A stretch of 64,000 bases of DNA from Candidatus Methylomirabilota bacterium (GTDB taxonomy: Bacteria > Methylomirabilota > Methylomirabilia > Methylomirabilales > CSP1-5): positions 9,779 to 73,778 of the forward strand of contig JAPUFX010000066.1 of assembly GCA_027293415.1 (NCBI GenBank). Reading direction: 5' to 3'. The notes below the pieces were generated by a model, which was given only the letters and a program-made list of their open reading frames with translations, had not been told where the DNA came from and ran no database searches. Numbering within the stretch: the first letter of the stretch is position 1; every line of letters starts with the position of its first letter. Shown here piece by piece: positions 21,857-32,614 of this stretch. The position numbers were made by a program, and so were the translations under genes.

Positions 21857-22234
21857 GTGCCGACGATTAACCAGCTAGTTCGCAAGGGACGAGAGCCGAT
21901 ACGGAAGAAGGAAAAGGCCCCCGCCCTCCAGGGCTCGCCTCAGAAACGGGGGGTCTGCATCCGTGTCTACACGAGTACCCCCAAGAAGCCGAACTCGGCC
22001 CTCCGAAAGGTGGCTCGGGTACGCTTGACCAATGGGATTGAGGTAACCACTTACATTCCGGGGATTGGACATAACCTGCAGGAACACTCCATCGTTCTGA
22101 TCCGCGGAGGACGGGTGAAAGACCTACCTGGCGTCCGGTATCATGTGATCCGTGGGACCCAGGACACCGCCGGGGTCCAGGATCGCCGGCAAGGGCGGTC
22201 CCTTTACGGGGCAAAAAGGCCCAAGTCGAGTTGA
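21857..22234 (+). CDS. rpsL: 30S ribosomal protein S12
   Basis: GTG 21857 gives the canonical [12 protein letters not shown]-terminus. The track TTG 21851 adds 2 residues. Confidence 0.95.
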   Translation: MPTINQLVRKGREPIRKKEKAPALQGSPQKRGVCIRVYTSTPKKPNSALRKVARVRLTNGIEVTTYIPGIGHNLQEHSIVLIRGGRVKDLPGVRYHVIRGTQDTAGVQDRRQGRSLYGAKRPKSS

Positions 22235-22240
22235 TCGGAT

Positions 22241-22292
22241 GCGGCACTGAGAGGCTCCTCTCCTCGACCCCTCGGTGCCGCTTTTCGTTTTT
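22241..22292 (+). terminator. Terminator-like hairpin plus T-tract between rpsL and rpsG (possible attenuator or S7 operator)
   Basis: gcggcactgagagg (22241-22254) pairs with cccctcggtgccgc (22268-22281), 12 of 14 complementary. It is followed by ttttcgttttt. Confidence 0.45.
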
Positions 22293-22322
22293 GGCGGCAA
22301 TTGGTGAATTGAAGGTGAGTGA

Positions 22323-22793
<471 letters not shown>

Positions 22794-22862
22794 AAAGGCC
22801 CCCATCCCGTCTGAGCATTGGGAGAGGGGCCTTCGATGTGTAAGCAGAGGGAGTGAGACAGG

Positions 22863-24941
22863 GTGACGGTTAAGGTAGCCAAGGATCGCATTCGAAATAT
22901 CGGGATTATGGCCCACATCGATGCGGGGAAGACGACCACCACCGAACGCGTCCTTTACTATACCGGGAGGACGCACCGAATGGGCGAGGTGGATAGCGGA
23001 TCCGCAGAGATGGATTGGATGGAGCAGGAGAAAGAGCGAGGGATCACTATCACGTCCGCCTCCACCACCTGCTTCTGGCGCGATTATCAAATCAATATTA
23101 TCGATACCCCAGGGCACGTCGACTTCACTGTAGAGGTCGAGCGGTCGCTCCGGGTCCTGGACGGGGCTGTGATGATCTTCGATGCGGTTGCTGGGGTGGA
23201 ACCGCAGTCAGAGACGGTCTGGCGGCAGGCGGACAAGTATCACGTGCCTCGCGTCGCGTTCGTCAACAAAATGGACCGGGTTGGGGCTGACTTCTTCATG
23301 TCGGTGGGGTCCATCGCCGAGCGGCTCGGGGCGCATCCAGTGCCGATGCAGCTCCCACTAGGACAGGAGGCGAGCTATGCTGGCGTCATCGATTTGATCC
23401 GGATGCAAGCCATCGTCTGGGAGGAGGAGTCCTTAGGGGCCGAGTTTCAGATGAGAGAGATTCCTTCGGAGTGTACGGATCAGGCCCTGCAGTACCGCGA
23501 AAAGCTCCTGGAGGCGGTCGCGGAACAGGACGAGTCCTTGCTTCGCAAGTATGTCGAGGGGCGGGAGATCTCGGAACAGGAAATTCGGGCGGCGATCCGT
23601 AAGGCAACATTGGCCCTGAAAATCACACCGGTCATCTGTGGGGCCTCTTTCAGAAATAAGGGAGTTCAACCCTTGCTGGACGCGGTTGTGGATTATCTAC
23701 CCTCGCCCGTGGATCTCCCTCCGGTCACCGGGGTGAATCCCAAGACGGGTGAGGAAGAGAAACGATCGCCGGTCGATGAGGAACCACTGGCCGCTTTGGC
23801 CTTCAAGCTCGTGGCTGACCCCTACGTCGGTCAGCTCTGTTATTTTCGGGTGTATTCCGGAACCATGGAGTCCGGCACCTCCGTCTATAATCCCACCAGG
23901 CGGGTTCGAGAACGGATCGGCCGCCTCCTCCGAATGCACGCCAACAAGCGCGAAGAGGTGAAGAGCGTTCAGGCGGGGAACATCGCCGCTGCCGTCGGCC
24001 TGAAAAGTGCCAAGACGGGTGATACCCTGTGCAATGAAGGTCACCAGATCTTGCTTGAGGCCATTGAGTTTCCGACGCCGGTCCTTTCGGTGGCCATCGA
24101 GCCCAAGACCAAAGAGGGGGCCGAAAGACTTTCCCTCGCACTTCAGGCCTTGGCCAATGAGGATCCCACGTTCCAGACCCGGGGGGACGAGGAGACCGGC
24201 CAGACCATCATTTCTGGCATGGGAGAACTTCACCTCGAGATCATCGTGGATCGCCTCCTCCGGGAGTTCAAGGTGGAAGCCAACGTCGGGCGGCCTCAGG
24301 TGGCTTACCGCGAGACCATCACGCGTCCAGTCGAGGTGGAAAAGAAGTTCGTCCGGCAGACCGGAGGCCGGGGGCAGTACGCCCATGTCTACCTTCACGT
24401 GGAGCCCCAGCAGGCTGGGAGTGGCTTTCGGTTTGAGAAGAAGATTGTGGGAGGGGCGATCCCCCGGGAGTTCATCCCGGCAGTAGAGAAGGGGGTCCGG
24501 GAGGCAGCCGAGAGCGGGATGCTGGCCGGCTATCCGGTGGTCGACATCACGGTGACGCTGACCGACGGATCCTACCATGAGGTAGACTCCTCCGATCTGG
24601 CGTTCAAGATTGCCGGCTCCATGGCTTTCAAGGACGCGGTAAAGCAGGGCCACCCGATCCTCCTCGAGCCGGTGGTGCAGGTGGACGTTGTGGTGCCGGA
24701 GGAGTTTCTCGGCGAGGTGATCAGGGATTTGAACTCTCGGCGGGGTCGGGTTGTGGGGATCGAGACGCGGCCGGCGGCTCGGGTTGTGCGGGCGGAGGTT
24801 CCCCTGGCTACCATGTTTGGTTACGCAACCGATATGAGGTCGGCAACCCAGGGCCGGGCAACCTACACCATGCAGTTCGCTCGCTACGAGCCGCTCCCTG
24901 GAAGTCTTGCCGAGGAGATCATGGGGCGGGTGGCCAGTTGA
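22863..24941 (+). CDS. fusA: Elongation factor G
   Basis: 692 aa. [14 protein letters not shown] and NKMD motifs. Sits in the str-operon position. Confidence 0.97.
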   Translation: MTVKVAKDRIRNIGIMAHIDAGKTTTTERVLYYTGRTHRMGEVDSGSAEMDWMEQEKERGITITSASTTCFWRDYQINIIDTPGHVDFTVEVERSLRVLDGAVMIFDAVAGVEPQSETVWRQADKYHVPRVAFVNKMDRVGADFFMSVGSIAERLGAHPVPMQLPLGQEASYAGVIDLIRMQAIVWEEESLGAEFQMREIPSECTDQALQYREKLLEAVAEQDESLLRKYVEGREISEQEIRAAIRKATLALKITPVICGASFRNKGVQPLLDAVVDYLPSPVDLPPVTGVNPKTGEEEKRSPVDEEPLAALAFKLVADPYVGQLCYFRVYSGTMESGTSVYNPTRRVRERIGRLLRMHANKREEVKSVQAGNIAAAVGLKSAKTGDTLCNEGHQILLEAIEFPTPVLSVAIEPKTKEGAERLSLALQALANEDPTFQTRGDEETGQTIISGMGELHLEIIVDRLLREFKVEANVGRPQVAYRETITRPVEVEKKFVRQTGGRGQYAHVYLHVEPQQAGSGFRFEKKIVGGAIPREFIPAVEKGVREAAESGMLAGYPVVDITVTLTDGSYHEVDSSDLAFKIAGSMAFKDAVKQGHPILLEPVVQVDVVVPEEFLGEVIRDLNSRRGRVVGIETRPAARVVRAEVPLATMFGYATDMRSATQGRATYTMQFARYEPLPGSLAEEIMGRVAS

Positions 24942-24989
24942 ACGCCCCCTTTTTCTCAGATGGCGACCACAGTAATTTCCATTGCGATT

Positions 24990-25033
24990 TCAGCAGCCCA
25001 GCCCATGAAGTTGACTGCTTGTAGCTGACGGCG
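24990..25033. repeat. Degenerate class B-like word run in the fusA-rpsJ spacer
   Basis: tcagcagcccagc ... gactgcttgtagctgacggcg. Only weak arm complementarity. Confidence 0.3.
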
Positions 25034-25052
25034 GAGGACGGAGAGCCCAGGG

Positions 25053-25361
25053 ATGGAAGCGGAACGGATTCGGATACGGCTGAAGGCTTACGACCACCGG
25101 ATTTTGGATCAGTCCGCGAAGGAGATCGTAAGCACGGCCGAGCGAACAGGGGCAGGGGTTTCGGGACCTATTCCCCTTCCGACGAAGATCAGCCGGTACA
25201 CGGTCCTCCGCTCCCCGCACGTGGATAAGAAGTCGCGGGAACAGTTTGAGATCCGCATTCATGTCCGCCTTTTGGATATCCTGCGGCCCACGCCTCAGAC
25301 GGTGGATGCCCTCATGCGGTTGGACTTGCCGGCGGGGGTTGATGTTGAAATCAAACTCTAG
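25053..25361 (+). CDS. rpsJ: 30S ribosomal protein S10
   Basis: 102 aa. [14 protein letters not shown]. Confidence 0.97.
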   Translation: MEAERIRIRLKAYDHRILDQSAKEIVSTAERTGAGVSGPIPLPTKISRYTVLRSPHVDKKSREQFEIRIHVRLLDILRPTPQTVDALMRLDLPAGVDVEIKL

Positions 25362-25362
25362 T

Positions 25363-25452
25363 GTCCACAGTCCAAAGTCCAAGGTCGAAAAAGAGCAAAA
25401 CACCTGGTGACTTTGGACGTTGGACATTGGGCATCAGACAGACGTTGGACAT
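25363..25452. repeat. Heptad inverted repeat, class C (GTCCAAN words)
   Basis: Left arm GTCCACA GTCCAAA GTCCAAG GTC. Right arm GACTTTG GACGTTG GACATTG, plus an extra GACGTTGGACAT at 25441-25452. Confidence 0.8.
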
Positions 25453-25458
25453 TTCGTC

Positions 25459-26148
25459 ATGCAGATGGGTATTGGATTGCTCGGTAGGAAAGTAGGGATG
25501 ACCCAGATCTTTGATCAAGGGGGACGGGCCGTTCCCGTCACCGTGGTGGAGGCCGGCCCCTGTACCGTCGTCCAAAAGAAGGGTCTGGAAAAGGATGGCT
25601 ACGAGGCGGTCCAGCTCGGCTACCTTCCGGAAAAGCCAAAGCGCGTCCGCAAACCGATGAGCGGTCACTTCGGTAAAGGCAAGGTACCCCCCTTGCGGCA
25701 TCTTCAGGAGATGCGACTTCATTCGGCAGCCGAGTATCAGGTGGGCCAGACCCTGACGGTCGGCCTCTTTGCAGAAGGGGAAGAGGTCGTGGTGACCGGG
25801 ACGTCGAAGGGGCGGGGTTTCCAGGGCGGCGTGAAACGCTGGGGCTACCGGGGTGGCGCGAAGAGTCACGGATCCATGTTCCACAGGGCGGTGGGGTCGA
25901 TCGGTGCTTCTTCCTATCCCTCGCGAGTGTTTAAGGGCCACCATATGCCCGGGCGCATGGGGGGAGAGCGGGTGACGATCCGGGGACTCCATGTGGTCCG
26001 GCGGGATTCTGATCGAAACCTCCTGCTAATTCGTGGAGCGCTCCCCGGACCTCAGGGCGGTCTACTTACTGTTCGCAAGACGGGCAAGGCGGCCCTTGGC
26101 AGCGAACCGACGACGCCCCCGGAGAGAACTGCCGGGTCGAAAGCATAA
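25459..26148 (+). CDS. rplC: 50S ribosomal protein L3
   Basis: GLLGRKVGMTQIF N-terminus. Start is ATG 25459 or 25465. The track start 25420 lies in the repeat. C-terminal extension of about 20 aa. Confidence 0.93.
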   Translation: MQMGIGLLGRKVGMTQIFDQGGRAVPVTVVEAGPCTVVQKKGLEKDGYEAVQLGYLPEKPKRVRKPMSGHFGKGKVPPLRHLQEMRLHSAAEYQVGQTLTVGLFAEGEEVVVTGTSKGRGFQGGVKRWGYRGGAKSHGSMFHRAVGSIGASSYPSRVFKGHHMPGRMGGERVTIRGLHVVRRDSDRNLLLIRGALPGPQGGLLTVRKTGKAALGSEPTTPPERTAGSKA

Positions 26149-26188
26149 CCCGGCGGGACGTGGATGCCTCAGCGCTGAGAGAGTAACG

Positions 26189-26818
26189 ATGACTCGGGTT
26201 CTTGACGTGGTAAACCCACAAAACGAGAAGGTGGACGAGGTCGTCCTGTCTGAGGCCGTGTTTGGAGTTCCGGTCAAAGGGCACCTCCTTCACGAGGCCG
26301 TCCGGTGGCAGCGGGCAAGACAGCGGCGGGGAACTGCCTCGACGAAAGGGCGTTCCGAGGTCTCGGGAGGTGGGAGGAAGCCATGGCGTCAGAAGGGGAC
26401 CGGTCGAGCGCGAGCGGGGAGCAACCGTTCACCCCTGTGGCGACACGGGGGTATCAGCCATGGCCCGAAACCAAGGGATTGGAGTTTTCGCTTCCCGAAG
26501 GCACTCAGACGGGACGCCCTGCGCACCGCTCTCTCCACCAAGATCGCGGCGCGAGAGGTTCGGATCCTAGAAGACTTAACCATGGATCGGCCTAGTACGA
26601 AGACCTTCCAGAGTCTGCTAAAGGGTCTCGGCATTACCGGCAAGGTATTGGTGGTGACTTCTCAGAGGGAGGAGGCAGTGGAGAAGTCTGCCCGGAACCT
26701 CCCGCGGGTCAAGGTTCTCCTTGCCCAGGGAGTGAACGTCTCCGATGTGTTGAACGCTGACGCTATCCTGTTCACCCGCGAGGCGCTCGTCAAGGTCGAG
26801 GAGGCCCTGACTCCATGA
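26189..26818 (+). CDS. rplD: 50S ribosomal protein L4
   Basis: ATG 26189 gives a 209-aa L4 (MTRVLDVVNPQNEKV...). The track start 26033 overlaps rplC. Confidence 0.93.
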   Translation: MTRVLDVVNPQNEKVDEVVLSEAVFGVPVKGHLLHEAVRWQRARQRRGTASTKGRSEVSGGGRKPWRQKGTGRARAGSNRSPLWRHGGISHGPKPRDWSFRFPKALRRDALRTALSTKIAAREVRILEDLTMDRPSTKTFQSLLKGLGITGKVLVVTSQREEAVEKSARNLPRVKVLLAQGVNVSDVLNADAILFTREALVKVEEALTP

Positions 26819-27102
26819 GGGAGCCGCACCAGATCGTCCGTCGACCTGTTGTGACCGAGAAGGGGACGGCCCTGAAAGAGCATAACAAGTACCTCTTTGA
26901 GGTGGATCGGCGGGCCAACAAGGTCCAGATCAGACAGGCGGTGGAGGCCCTCTTTAACGTAAAGGTTGCCGCCGTCCATACCGTGGCCATGCGAGGGAGA
27001 GTGAAACGCCTCGGGCGATTTGTGGGACGCACCTCAGATTGGAAGAAAGCCATTGTAACCCTCAGCGAGGGGCACAGCATCGAGCTCTTTGAAGGCGTTT
27101 AG
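26815..27102 (+). CDS. rplW: 50S ribosomal protein L23
   Basis: 95 aa. ATGA overlap with the rplD stop. Confidence 0.95.
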   Translation: MREPHQIVRRPVVTEKGTALKEHNKYLFEVDRRANKVQIRQAVEALFNVKVAAVHTVAMRGRVKRLGRFVGRTSDWKKAIVTLSEGHSIELFEGV

Positions 27103-27186
27103 CAACTGGCAATCTGCTGTCTGCTATCTAGCTCTTCTCAAGGAAATGTTGACTGCTGATGGCTGACAGCTGGCAGCTGAAGAGCG
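27103..27186. repeat. Heptad inverted repeat, class B
   Basis: Left arm GCAACTG GCAATCT GCTGTCT GCTATCT AGC. Right arm GCTGATG GCTGACA GCTGGCA GCTGAAG AGC. Starts directly after the rplW stop. Confidence 0.75.
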
Positions 27187-27192
27187 GAAGAT

Positions 27193-28032
27193 ATGGGAAT
27201 TAAAAATTACAAGCCGACTTCATCCGGCCGTCGATTCCAGTCGGTGGCCACATTTGATGAGCTCACGAGGAAGCGGCCAGTCAAGGGTCTCGTGGCTTCC
27301 CTCCGCAGGAGGGGTGGGCGCAATGACCAGGGCCGGATGACGGTACGCCACCAGGGGGGAGGGCATAAGCGAAGGTACCGTCTTGTCGATTTCAGGCGAG
27401 ATAAGGTTGGTATTCCGGCGAAGGTCGCCAGCGTCGAGTACGACCCGAATCGCTCAGCGCGAATTGCTCTTTTGCATTACGCGGATGGTGAGAAGCGTTA
27501 CATCTTGGCTCCCGGTGGACTCGAGGTCGGCGCGCAGGTCATGTCCGGCCCCCAAGCTGAGATCAGCGTGGGGAATGCCCTGCCGCTCAGGGTCATTCCA
27601 CTCGGGTCGGTGGTTCACAATATCGAGCTTTCGCAGGGCAAAGGGGGACAACTCTGTCGGAGCGCGGGAGCCTCGGCGCAACTGATGGCGAGGGAGGAAA
27701 ATCGAGCCCTCCTCAAGCTCCCGTCGGGGGAGGTCCGGAAGGTTCACGTGGATTGCCTAGCCACCCTCGGCCAGGTGGGCAACATCGAGCACGAGAATGT
27801 CACCTTGGGTAAGGCGGGGCGCGCTCGTTGGCTCGGCATCCGGCCATCGGTGCGGGGGGTGGCGATGAACCCGCACGATCACCCGTTAGGAGGGGGTGAG
27901 GGCAAGAGTGCAGGGGGCCGACATCCATGCACCCCTTGGGGAAAGCCGACCAAGGGCTACAAAACACGCCAGAAGAGAAAATGGTCTGACCGCGAGATTG
28001 TCACTCGGCGTACTCGCCGTAAGCGGAAGTGA
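27193..28032 (+). CDS. rplB: 50S ribosomal protein L2
   Basis: 279 aa. [15 protein letters not shown] with a conserved C-terminal region. Confidence 0.98.
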   Translation: MGIKNYKPTSSGRRFQSVATFDELTRKRPVKGLVASLRRRGGRNDQGRMTVRHQGGGHKRRYRLVDFRRDKVGIPAKVASVEYDPNRSARIALLHYADGEKRYILAPGGLEVGAQVMSGPQAEISVGNALPLRVIPLGSVVHNIELSQGKGGQLCRSAGASAQLMAREENRALLKLPSGEVRKVHVDCLATLGQVGNIEHENVTLGKAGRARWLGIRPSVRGVAMNPHDHPLGGGEGKSAGGRHPCTPWGKPTKGYKTRQKRKWSDREIVTRRTRRKRK

Positions 28033-28054
28033 TTCACCGCCGGAGGTAGTTTCG

Positions 28055-28339
28055 ATGGGGCGATCGTTAAAGAAGGGACCGTACATCGATCCCAAGCTGC
28101 TGAAAAAGATTGAAGACATGAATCGGACGCGGGACCACCGTGTCATCAAGACCTGGTCCCGCCGATCGACTATCACCCCGGAGTTCGTGGGCCATACGCT
28201 GGCGGTGCATAACGGGAAGAAGTTCATTCCAATCTATGTGACCGAGAACATGGTAGGCCACAAGCTGGGTGAGTTCTCCCCCACCCGGACCTTCCGAGCA
28301 CACAGCGGGCGCACGGCCAAGACGACCGCCTTAAAGTGA
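28055..28339 (+). CDS. rpsS: 30S ribosomal protein S19
   Basis: ATG 28055 after [24 protein letters not shown]. Confidence 0.96.
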   Translation: MGRSLKKGPYIDPKLLKKIEDMNRTRDHRVIKTWSRRSTITPEFVGHTLAVHNGKKFIPIYVTENMVGHKLGEFSPTRTFRAHSGRTAKTTALK

Positions 28340-28416
28340 GGAGGGAAGGCCTTCACCGGCGAGGCGAATATGGCTGAGATGTGTCGCGGGGTGGACAACG
28401 GACGGCGGGAGCGAGC

Positions 28417-28761
28417 ATGGAGACGCGGGCGGTCCTCAAATTTGTGAGAGTGCCACCCCGGAAGGCTCGACTGGTCGTCGATCTCATCCGGGGTCAGGAT
28501 GTGGGGCAGGCCCTGACCATTGTCCGCTATACCCCGAAGCGGGCGGCCCGAATCGTCGAGAAGCTGTTGAGGTCCGCCATGGCCAATGCGCAACATAACC
28601 ATGGCGTGCGGGATGTGGAGCGCCTGTTTGTAAAGGCCGCCACGGTTGACGAGGGCCCTCGGGGGAAGCGGTGGGTACCCAGGGCGATGGGAAGGGCAAC
28701 TCCGATACAAAAACGGACCAGTCATATTACCATTGTGCTAGAGGAACGTCCGGCTTCATAG
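28417..28761 (+). CDS. rplV: 50S ribosomal protein L22
   Basis: ATG 28417. [26 protein letters not shown]. Confidence 0.94.
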   Translation: METRAVLKFVRVPPRKARLVVDLIRGQDVGQALTIVRYTPKRAARIVEKLLRSAMANAQHNHGVRDVERLFVKAATVDEGPRGKRWVPRAMGRATPIQKRTSHITIVLEERPAS

Positions 28762-28775
28762 ATTGGGGGCGAGAC

Positions 28776-29489
28776 ATGGGACAAAAAGTCCATCCCGAGG
28801 GATTTCGATTGGGGTACATCAAGACCTGGAAATCGCGGTGGTTCGCGACCAGGGCGTATGCAGATCAGCTCCACGAAGACCTCAAGATCCGTCGGCACCT
28901 CAAGGAGAGACTGTACCACGCCGGCGTCTCCCGCATCGAGTTTGAGCGCAAAGCAAATCAGCTCCGCATCATCGTTCGAGCCGCGCGCCCCGGCATCATC
29001 ATCGGCAGAAAAGGTTCCGAGGTCGACAAGATTCGCCAAGAGCTTGCGGCCATGACCGATAAGGAGCTTCAACTCGACATCACCGAAGTCCGGAAGGCGG
29101 AGACCAACGCGCAGTTGGTAGCGGAGGCCACGGCGGCCCAGCTGGAGAGGCGGGTGGCCTTCCGTCGAGCCATGAAAAGGGCGGTCCAGTCCGCCATCCG
29201 GTTGGGGGCGCAGGGGGTGAAGATCATGGTCTCGGGGCGGCTGGGGGGGGCGGAGATTGCCCGGACCGAATGGTACCGGGAGGGGCGGGTTCCCCTCCAT
29301 ACCCTTCGGGCCGACATCGATTACGGCTTTGCCGAGGCGAGGACGAGCTATGGAAGGATTGGAGTCAAGACATGGATCTTTCACGGGGAGGTCATACCCG
29401 AGGCCGTGGCGGAAGGGGAAAGGCCCACGGTCCCAGACGTCCGTGAGGAGAGGCAGCGGCGCCGAAGAAAGGGTGTCGCTGAGAAGTAG
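28776..29489 (+). CDS. rpsC: 30S ribosomal protein S3
   Basis: ATG 28776. [24 protein letters not shown]. Arg-rich C-terminal tail. Confidence 0.96.
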   Translation: MGQKVHPEGFRLGYIKTWKSRWFATRAYADQLHEDLKIRRHLKERLYHAGVSRIEFERKANQLRIIVRAARPGIIIGRKGSEVDKIRQELAAMTDKELQLDITEVRKAETNAQLVAEATAAQLERRVAFRRAMKRAVQSAIRLGAQGVKIMVSGRLGGAEIARTEWYREGRVPLHTLRADIDYGFAEARTSYGRIGVKTWIFHGEVIPEAVAEGERPTVPDVREERQRRRRKGVAEK

Positions 29490-29498
29490 GAGCCGTCG

Positions 29499-29924
29499 AT
29501 GTTGATGCCCAAGCGGACCAAGTATCGGAAACAGCAGCGAGGGCGGACAAAAGGGAAAGCGAAAGGGGGCACCGCGCTTGCCTTTGGTGAGTACGGCCTG
29601 AAGGCCCTGGAGCCAGCCTGGGTGACCAACCGCCAGATTGAGGCAGCCCGGCGGTCCATTACCAGGTATGTGAAAAGAGGCGGCAAGTTGTGGATTCGGA
29701 TCTTCCCAGACAAACCGCTCACGGCCAAGCCGGCGGAGACTCGGATGGGAAAGGGGAAGGGTGCAGTGGAGGGCTGGGTTGCGGTCGTGAAGCCAGGTCG
29801 GATTCTTTACGAGATGAAGGGGGTTAGTGAAGCCGAGGCTCGGGAGGCGCTGCGTCTGGCGGCTCACAAGTTACCTATTGCCACGAAGTTCGTCACGCGG
29901 TCCAAGGGGACACTGGGCGAATGA
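29499..29924 (+). CDS. rplP: 50S ribosomal protein L16
   Basis: 141 aa. [16 protein letters not shown]. Confidence 0.97.
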   Translation: MLMPKRTKYRKQQRGRTKGKAKGGTALAFGEYGLKALEPAWVTNRQIEAARRSITRYVKRGGKLWIRIFPDKPLTAKPAETRMGKGKGAVEGWVAVVKPGRILYEMKGVSEAEAREALRLAAHKLPIATKFVTRSKGTLGE

Positions 29925-30139
29925 AAGTCAGGGATCTCCGGGAGATGACCACTGAGGAACTCCACCAAAAGCGGGGTGATGTCAGAGAGGATCTCTTCCG
30001 TCTGAGGATGCGGAAGGCCGTGGCGCAGTTGGAGAATCCCATACGCCTTCGCCAGCTCCGACGAGATGTTGCTCGGATCGAGACCCTCCTGCGAGAGCGG
30101 GAACGGGGCCAGGACCGGGGTCCCGAGGAGTCGGGGTAG
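29921..30139 (+). CDS. rpmC: 50S ribosomal protein L29
   Basis: 72 aa. ATGA overlap with rpl[13 protein letters not shown]. Confidence 0.93.
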   Translation: MKVRDLREMTTEELHQKRGDVREDLFRLRMRKAVAQLENPIRLRQLRRDVARIETLLRERERGQDRGPEESG

Positions 30140-30140
30140 A

Positions 30141-30401
30141 ATGATGCAGCAGCGCAGCCGGCGGAAGGTGTTCACGGGGACCGTGGTCAGCGACCGGATG
30201 CAGAAAACGGTGGTGGTGTCTGTTGAGCGGTCTTTCCGGCACCCCAAGTATAACAAGCTGTTGCGCCGTCGGACCAAGCTGAAGGCCCACGACGAAGAGC
30301 AGAAATGCCGGGTTGGGGACAAGGTCAGGATCATGGAGACCCGTCCCCTGAGCCGAGACAAACGATGGCGTATCATCGAGGTCGTCCAAAAGGCCGTATG
30401 A
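30141..30401 (+). CDS. rpsQ: 30S ribosomal protein S17
   Basis: ATG 30141 comes 1 nt after the rpmC stop. [22 protein letters not shown]. Confidence 0.94.
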   Translation: MMQQRSRRKVFTGTVVSDRMQKTVVVSVERSFRHPKYNKLLRRRTKLKAHDEEQKCRVGDKVRIMETRPLSRDKRWRIIEVVQKAV

Positions 30402-30453
30402 GATATGTGTGGTGCGCATCGCGCACTGAGAGGCGCGACGGCAGGAATCGATC

Positions 30454-30822
30454 ATGGTTGGGCTCAGGACAATTCTGGATGTGGCAGACAACTCGGGGGC
30501 CAAGCGGATCTCCGTCATCAAGGTCCTCGGAGGTTCCGCGAAACGGTATGGGCGAATCGGGGATGTCATCGTGGCGAACGTCAAGGAGGCCCTCCCTGAG
30601 GGATCGGTGAAGAAGGGAGATGTGGTCCGGGCGGTGGTGGTCCGGACGGCGAAGGAAGTCAGGCGTACCGACGGGTCTCACATTAAGTTCGACCGGAATG
30701 CGGCGGTCCTGATCAACGAGCAAAACAATCCCCTTGGGACCCGGATCTTCGGCCCCGTCGCTCGCGAGCTTCGAGAGAAGCAGTTTATGAAAATCATCTC
30801 GTTGGCCCCAGAGGTGGTCTGA
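30454..30822 (+). CDS. rplN: 50S ribosomal protein L14
   Basis: 122 aa. [19 protein letters not shown]. Confidence 0.97.
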   Translation: MVGLRTILDVADNSGAKRISVIKVLGGSAKRYGRIGDVIVANVKEALPEGSVKKGDVVRAVVVRTAKEVRRTDGSHIKFDRNAAVLINEQNNPLGTRIFGPVARELREKQFMKIISLAPEVV

Positions 30823-30870
30823 GGGGGCTCAGATTTAACGGCTGGGAACAGGAAAAGGTCAGGGGACAAC

Positions 30871-31200
30871 ATGGCGGTGCGGACGGTGCTTCCGATTCGG
30901 AAGAATGATCTGATCATGGTCATGGCTGGAAAGGATAGGGGGAAGAGGGGGAAAGTTTTGAGAGTCAATCCGAAAGCTGGAACGGTGGTGGTCGAACGGA
31001 TCAATGTCGTGAAGCGACACACCCGTCCCGGAGGGGTGAGCCAGCAGGGAGGGATTATCGAGAAGGAGTCTCCCCTTCACGTCTCCAACGTCATGGTCAT
31101 CTGTTCCCATTGTGACCGACCAGTTCGAACCGGGCACAGCTTCCTCGCCGATGGGAAAAAGGTTCGGGTCTGTAAACAGTGTGGCGAGGCCGTGGATTAG
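30871..31200 (+). CDS. rplX: 50S ribosomal protein L24
   Basis: 109 aa with a KOW motif ([16 protein letters not shown]). Confidence 0.94.
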   Translation: MAVRTVLPIRKNDLIMVMAGKDRGKRGKVLRVNPKAGTVVVERINVVKRHTRPGGVSQQGGIIEKESPLHVSNVMVICSHCDRPVRTGHSFLADGKKVRVCKQCGEAVD

Positions 31201-31210
31201 GGAGAAGGCG

Positions 31211-31825
31211 ATGGCGGAAACGGCGAAAAAGAAGGGCGAAAAGGCGCCGAAACCTGAGGCAAAGTCTCCGGCTGCCCCCAAGTCTCCGTCCCGGCTTCGA
31301 GAGCGGTATCATCGAGAGATGGTTCCCGCCCTCATGAAGCGGTTCGGATTCAAGAACCTCTTTCAAGTTCCCCGCCCTGTGAAGGTGATCATCAACATGG
31401 GGCTGGGCGAAGCGGTGGGGAATATCAAGGTCATTGATAGTGCCGTCGGGGAGCTGGCGACCATCACCGGGCAGCGGCCCGTGGTGACCCGGGCCAAGAA
31501 ATCAGAGGCGGGCTTCAAGCTCCGAACCGGGATGCCCATCGGCTGTAAGGTGACTCTCCGGGGGGATCGGATGTACGAGTTCTTGGACCGGTTTCTGAAT
31601 ATTGCTCTGCCGAGGATCCGGGACTTTCGGGGCGTCTCCCCTCATTCATTTGACGGACGCGGCAATTATGCGTTGGGAGTCAAAGAGCAGGTCATCTTCC
31701 CCGAGATTAAGTACGACAAGGTCGATATGGTCCGGGGGATGGATGTCTGCATCCACACCACTGCCCAAAACGATGAGGAGGCCCGCGCCCTGCTGGAGCA
31801 ACTTGGATTTCCTTTTCGGTCCTGA
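31211..31825 (+). CDS. rplE: 50S ribosomal protein L5 with a Lys/Pro/Ala-rich N-terminal extension
   Basis: ATG 31211 after GGAGAAGG. An extension of about 25 aa ([25 protein letters not shown]) precedes the conserved [19 protein letters not shown] core. No later in-frame start precedes the conserved region. Confidence 0.92.
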   Translation: MAETAKKKGEKAPKPEAKSPAAPKSPSRLRERYHREMVPALMKRFGFKNLFQVPRPVKVIINMGLGEAVGNIKVIDSAVGELATITGQRPVVTRAKKSEAGFKLRTGMPIGCKVTLRGDRMYEFLDRFLNIALPRIRDFRGVSPHSFDGRGNYALGVKEQVIFPEIKYDKVDMVRGMDVCIHTTAQNDEEARALLEQLGFPFRS

Positions 31826-31837
31826 GGGAGGGGGAGT

Positions 31838-32023
31838 GTGGCAAAAAAAGCCCTCGTGGTGAAGGCGCAGCGGGCGCCAAAGTTTCGGGTGCGGCAGTAT
31901 CACCGGTGTCGGATCTGTGGCCGCCCCCGGGGCTATCTCAGACGGTTCGCCATGTGCCGGGTCTGCTTCCGGCACTTGGCCCTCCGGGGAGAGGTTCCCG
32001 GTGTTGTCAAGGCCAGTTGGTAA
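31838..32023 (+). CDS. rpsZ: 30S ribosomal protein S14, type Z (zinc-binding)
   Basis: 61 aa. [20 protein letters not shown]. Confidence 0.95.
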   Translation: MAKKALVVKAQRAPKFRVRQYHRCRICGRPRGYLRRFAMCRVCFRHLALRGEVPGVVKASW

Positions 32024-32030
32024 CTTGCCA

Positions 32031-32117
32031 GTTCAGAGTTCATGGTTCACAGTTCAGGGTCGGGTGAGCACGATGACCTTGTACAAGTCCCTGAATCATG
32101 CACCGTAAACCCTGAAC
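32031..32117. repeat. Heptad inverted repeat, class A
   Basis: Left arm GTTCAGA GTTCATG GTTCACA GTTCAGG GTC. Right arm CCTGAAT CATGCAC CGTAAAC CCTGAAC. Confidence 0.8.
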
Positions 32118-32128
32118 GGAGTAGCTCA

Positions 32129-32524
32129 ATGTTGACCGATCCGATTGCCGATATGCTTACTCGCCTGCGGAACGCAAACGCGGCAGGGCACGAGAAAGTG
32201 GATATCCCGTTGTCGCGGCTCAAGGTGGAGATTGCGCGGATCCTGAAGAAAGAGGGTTTCGTCAAAGGCTATAAGGTCATCGATCAAGACATACAAGATA
32301 TTCTTCGGGTCTATCTGAAGTACGGTTCCGGCAACGAGCGGGTCCTCCGCGGGATTACCCGGACCAGTAAGCCGGGGCTCCGGGTCTACGCCCGGTCCCG
32401 CAAGATTCCCCGAGTCCTGAGCGGCATGGGGATTGCGATCATCTCTACCTCCAAGGGGATCATGACCGATCGGGAGGCGCGGAACCAAGGAGTAGGAGGC
32501 GAGGTTCTCTGCCACGTCTGGTAA
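32129..32524 (+). CDS. rpsH: 30S ribosomal protein S8
   Basis: ATG 32129. [16 protein letters not shown]. The track start 32042 lies within the repeat. Confidence 0.96.
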   Translation: MLTDPIADMLTRLRNANAAGHEKVDIPLSRLKVEIARILKKEGFVKGYKVIDQDIQDILRVYLKYGSGNERVLRGITRTSKPGLRVYARSRKIPRVLSGMGIAIISTSKGIMTDREARNQGVGGEVLCHVW

Positions 32525-32528
32525 CGAC

Positions 32529-32597
32529 AGTCCGACGTCCACAGTCCAAGGTCCAACGTCGGTAATGGGAAAGGTCCTGTGACTTTGGACTTCGGAC
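32529..32597. repeat. Heptad inverted repeat, class C
   Basis: Left arm AGTCCGAC GTCCACA GTCCAAG GTCCAAC GTC. Right arm GGTCCTGT GACTTTG GACTTCG GAC. Confidence 0.8.
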
Positions 32598-32614
32598 CCT
32601 TTAGGGTGATTACG

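Noticed and set aside
25420-25458. ORF-track N-terminal extensions of rplC. The same applies to rplD 26033, rpsS 27896, rplV 28381, rpsC 28671, rpsQ 30066, rplE 31112, rpsH 32042, rplF 32579, rplO 33959, rplL 13019, nusG 10465, rpsK 38216, rimP 43661, EF-G paralog 41376, purB 56329, purC 57560, M16 peptidase 54988 and rpsO 52429.
   Set aside because: The extensions overlap upstream genes or repeat arms, and they lack conservation. Canonical N-termini with SD sequences occur downstream.
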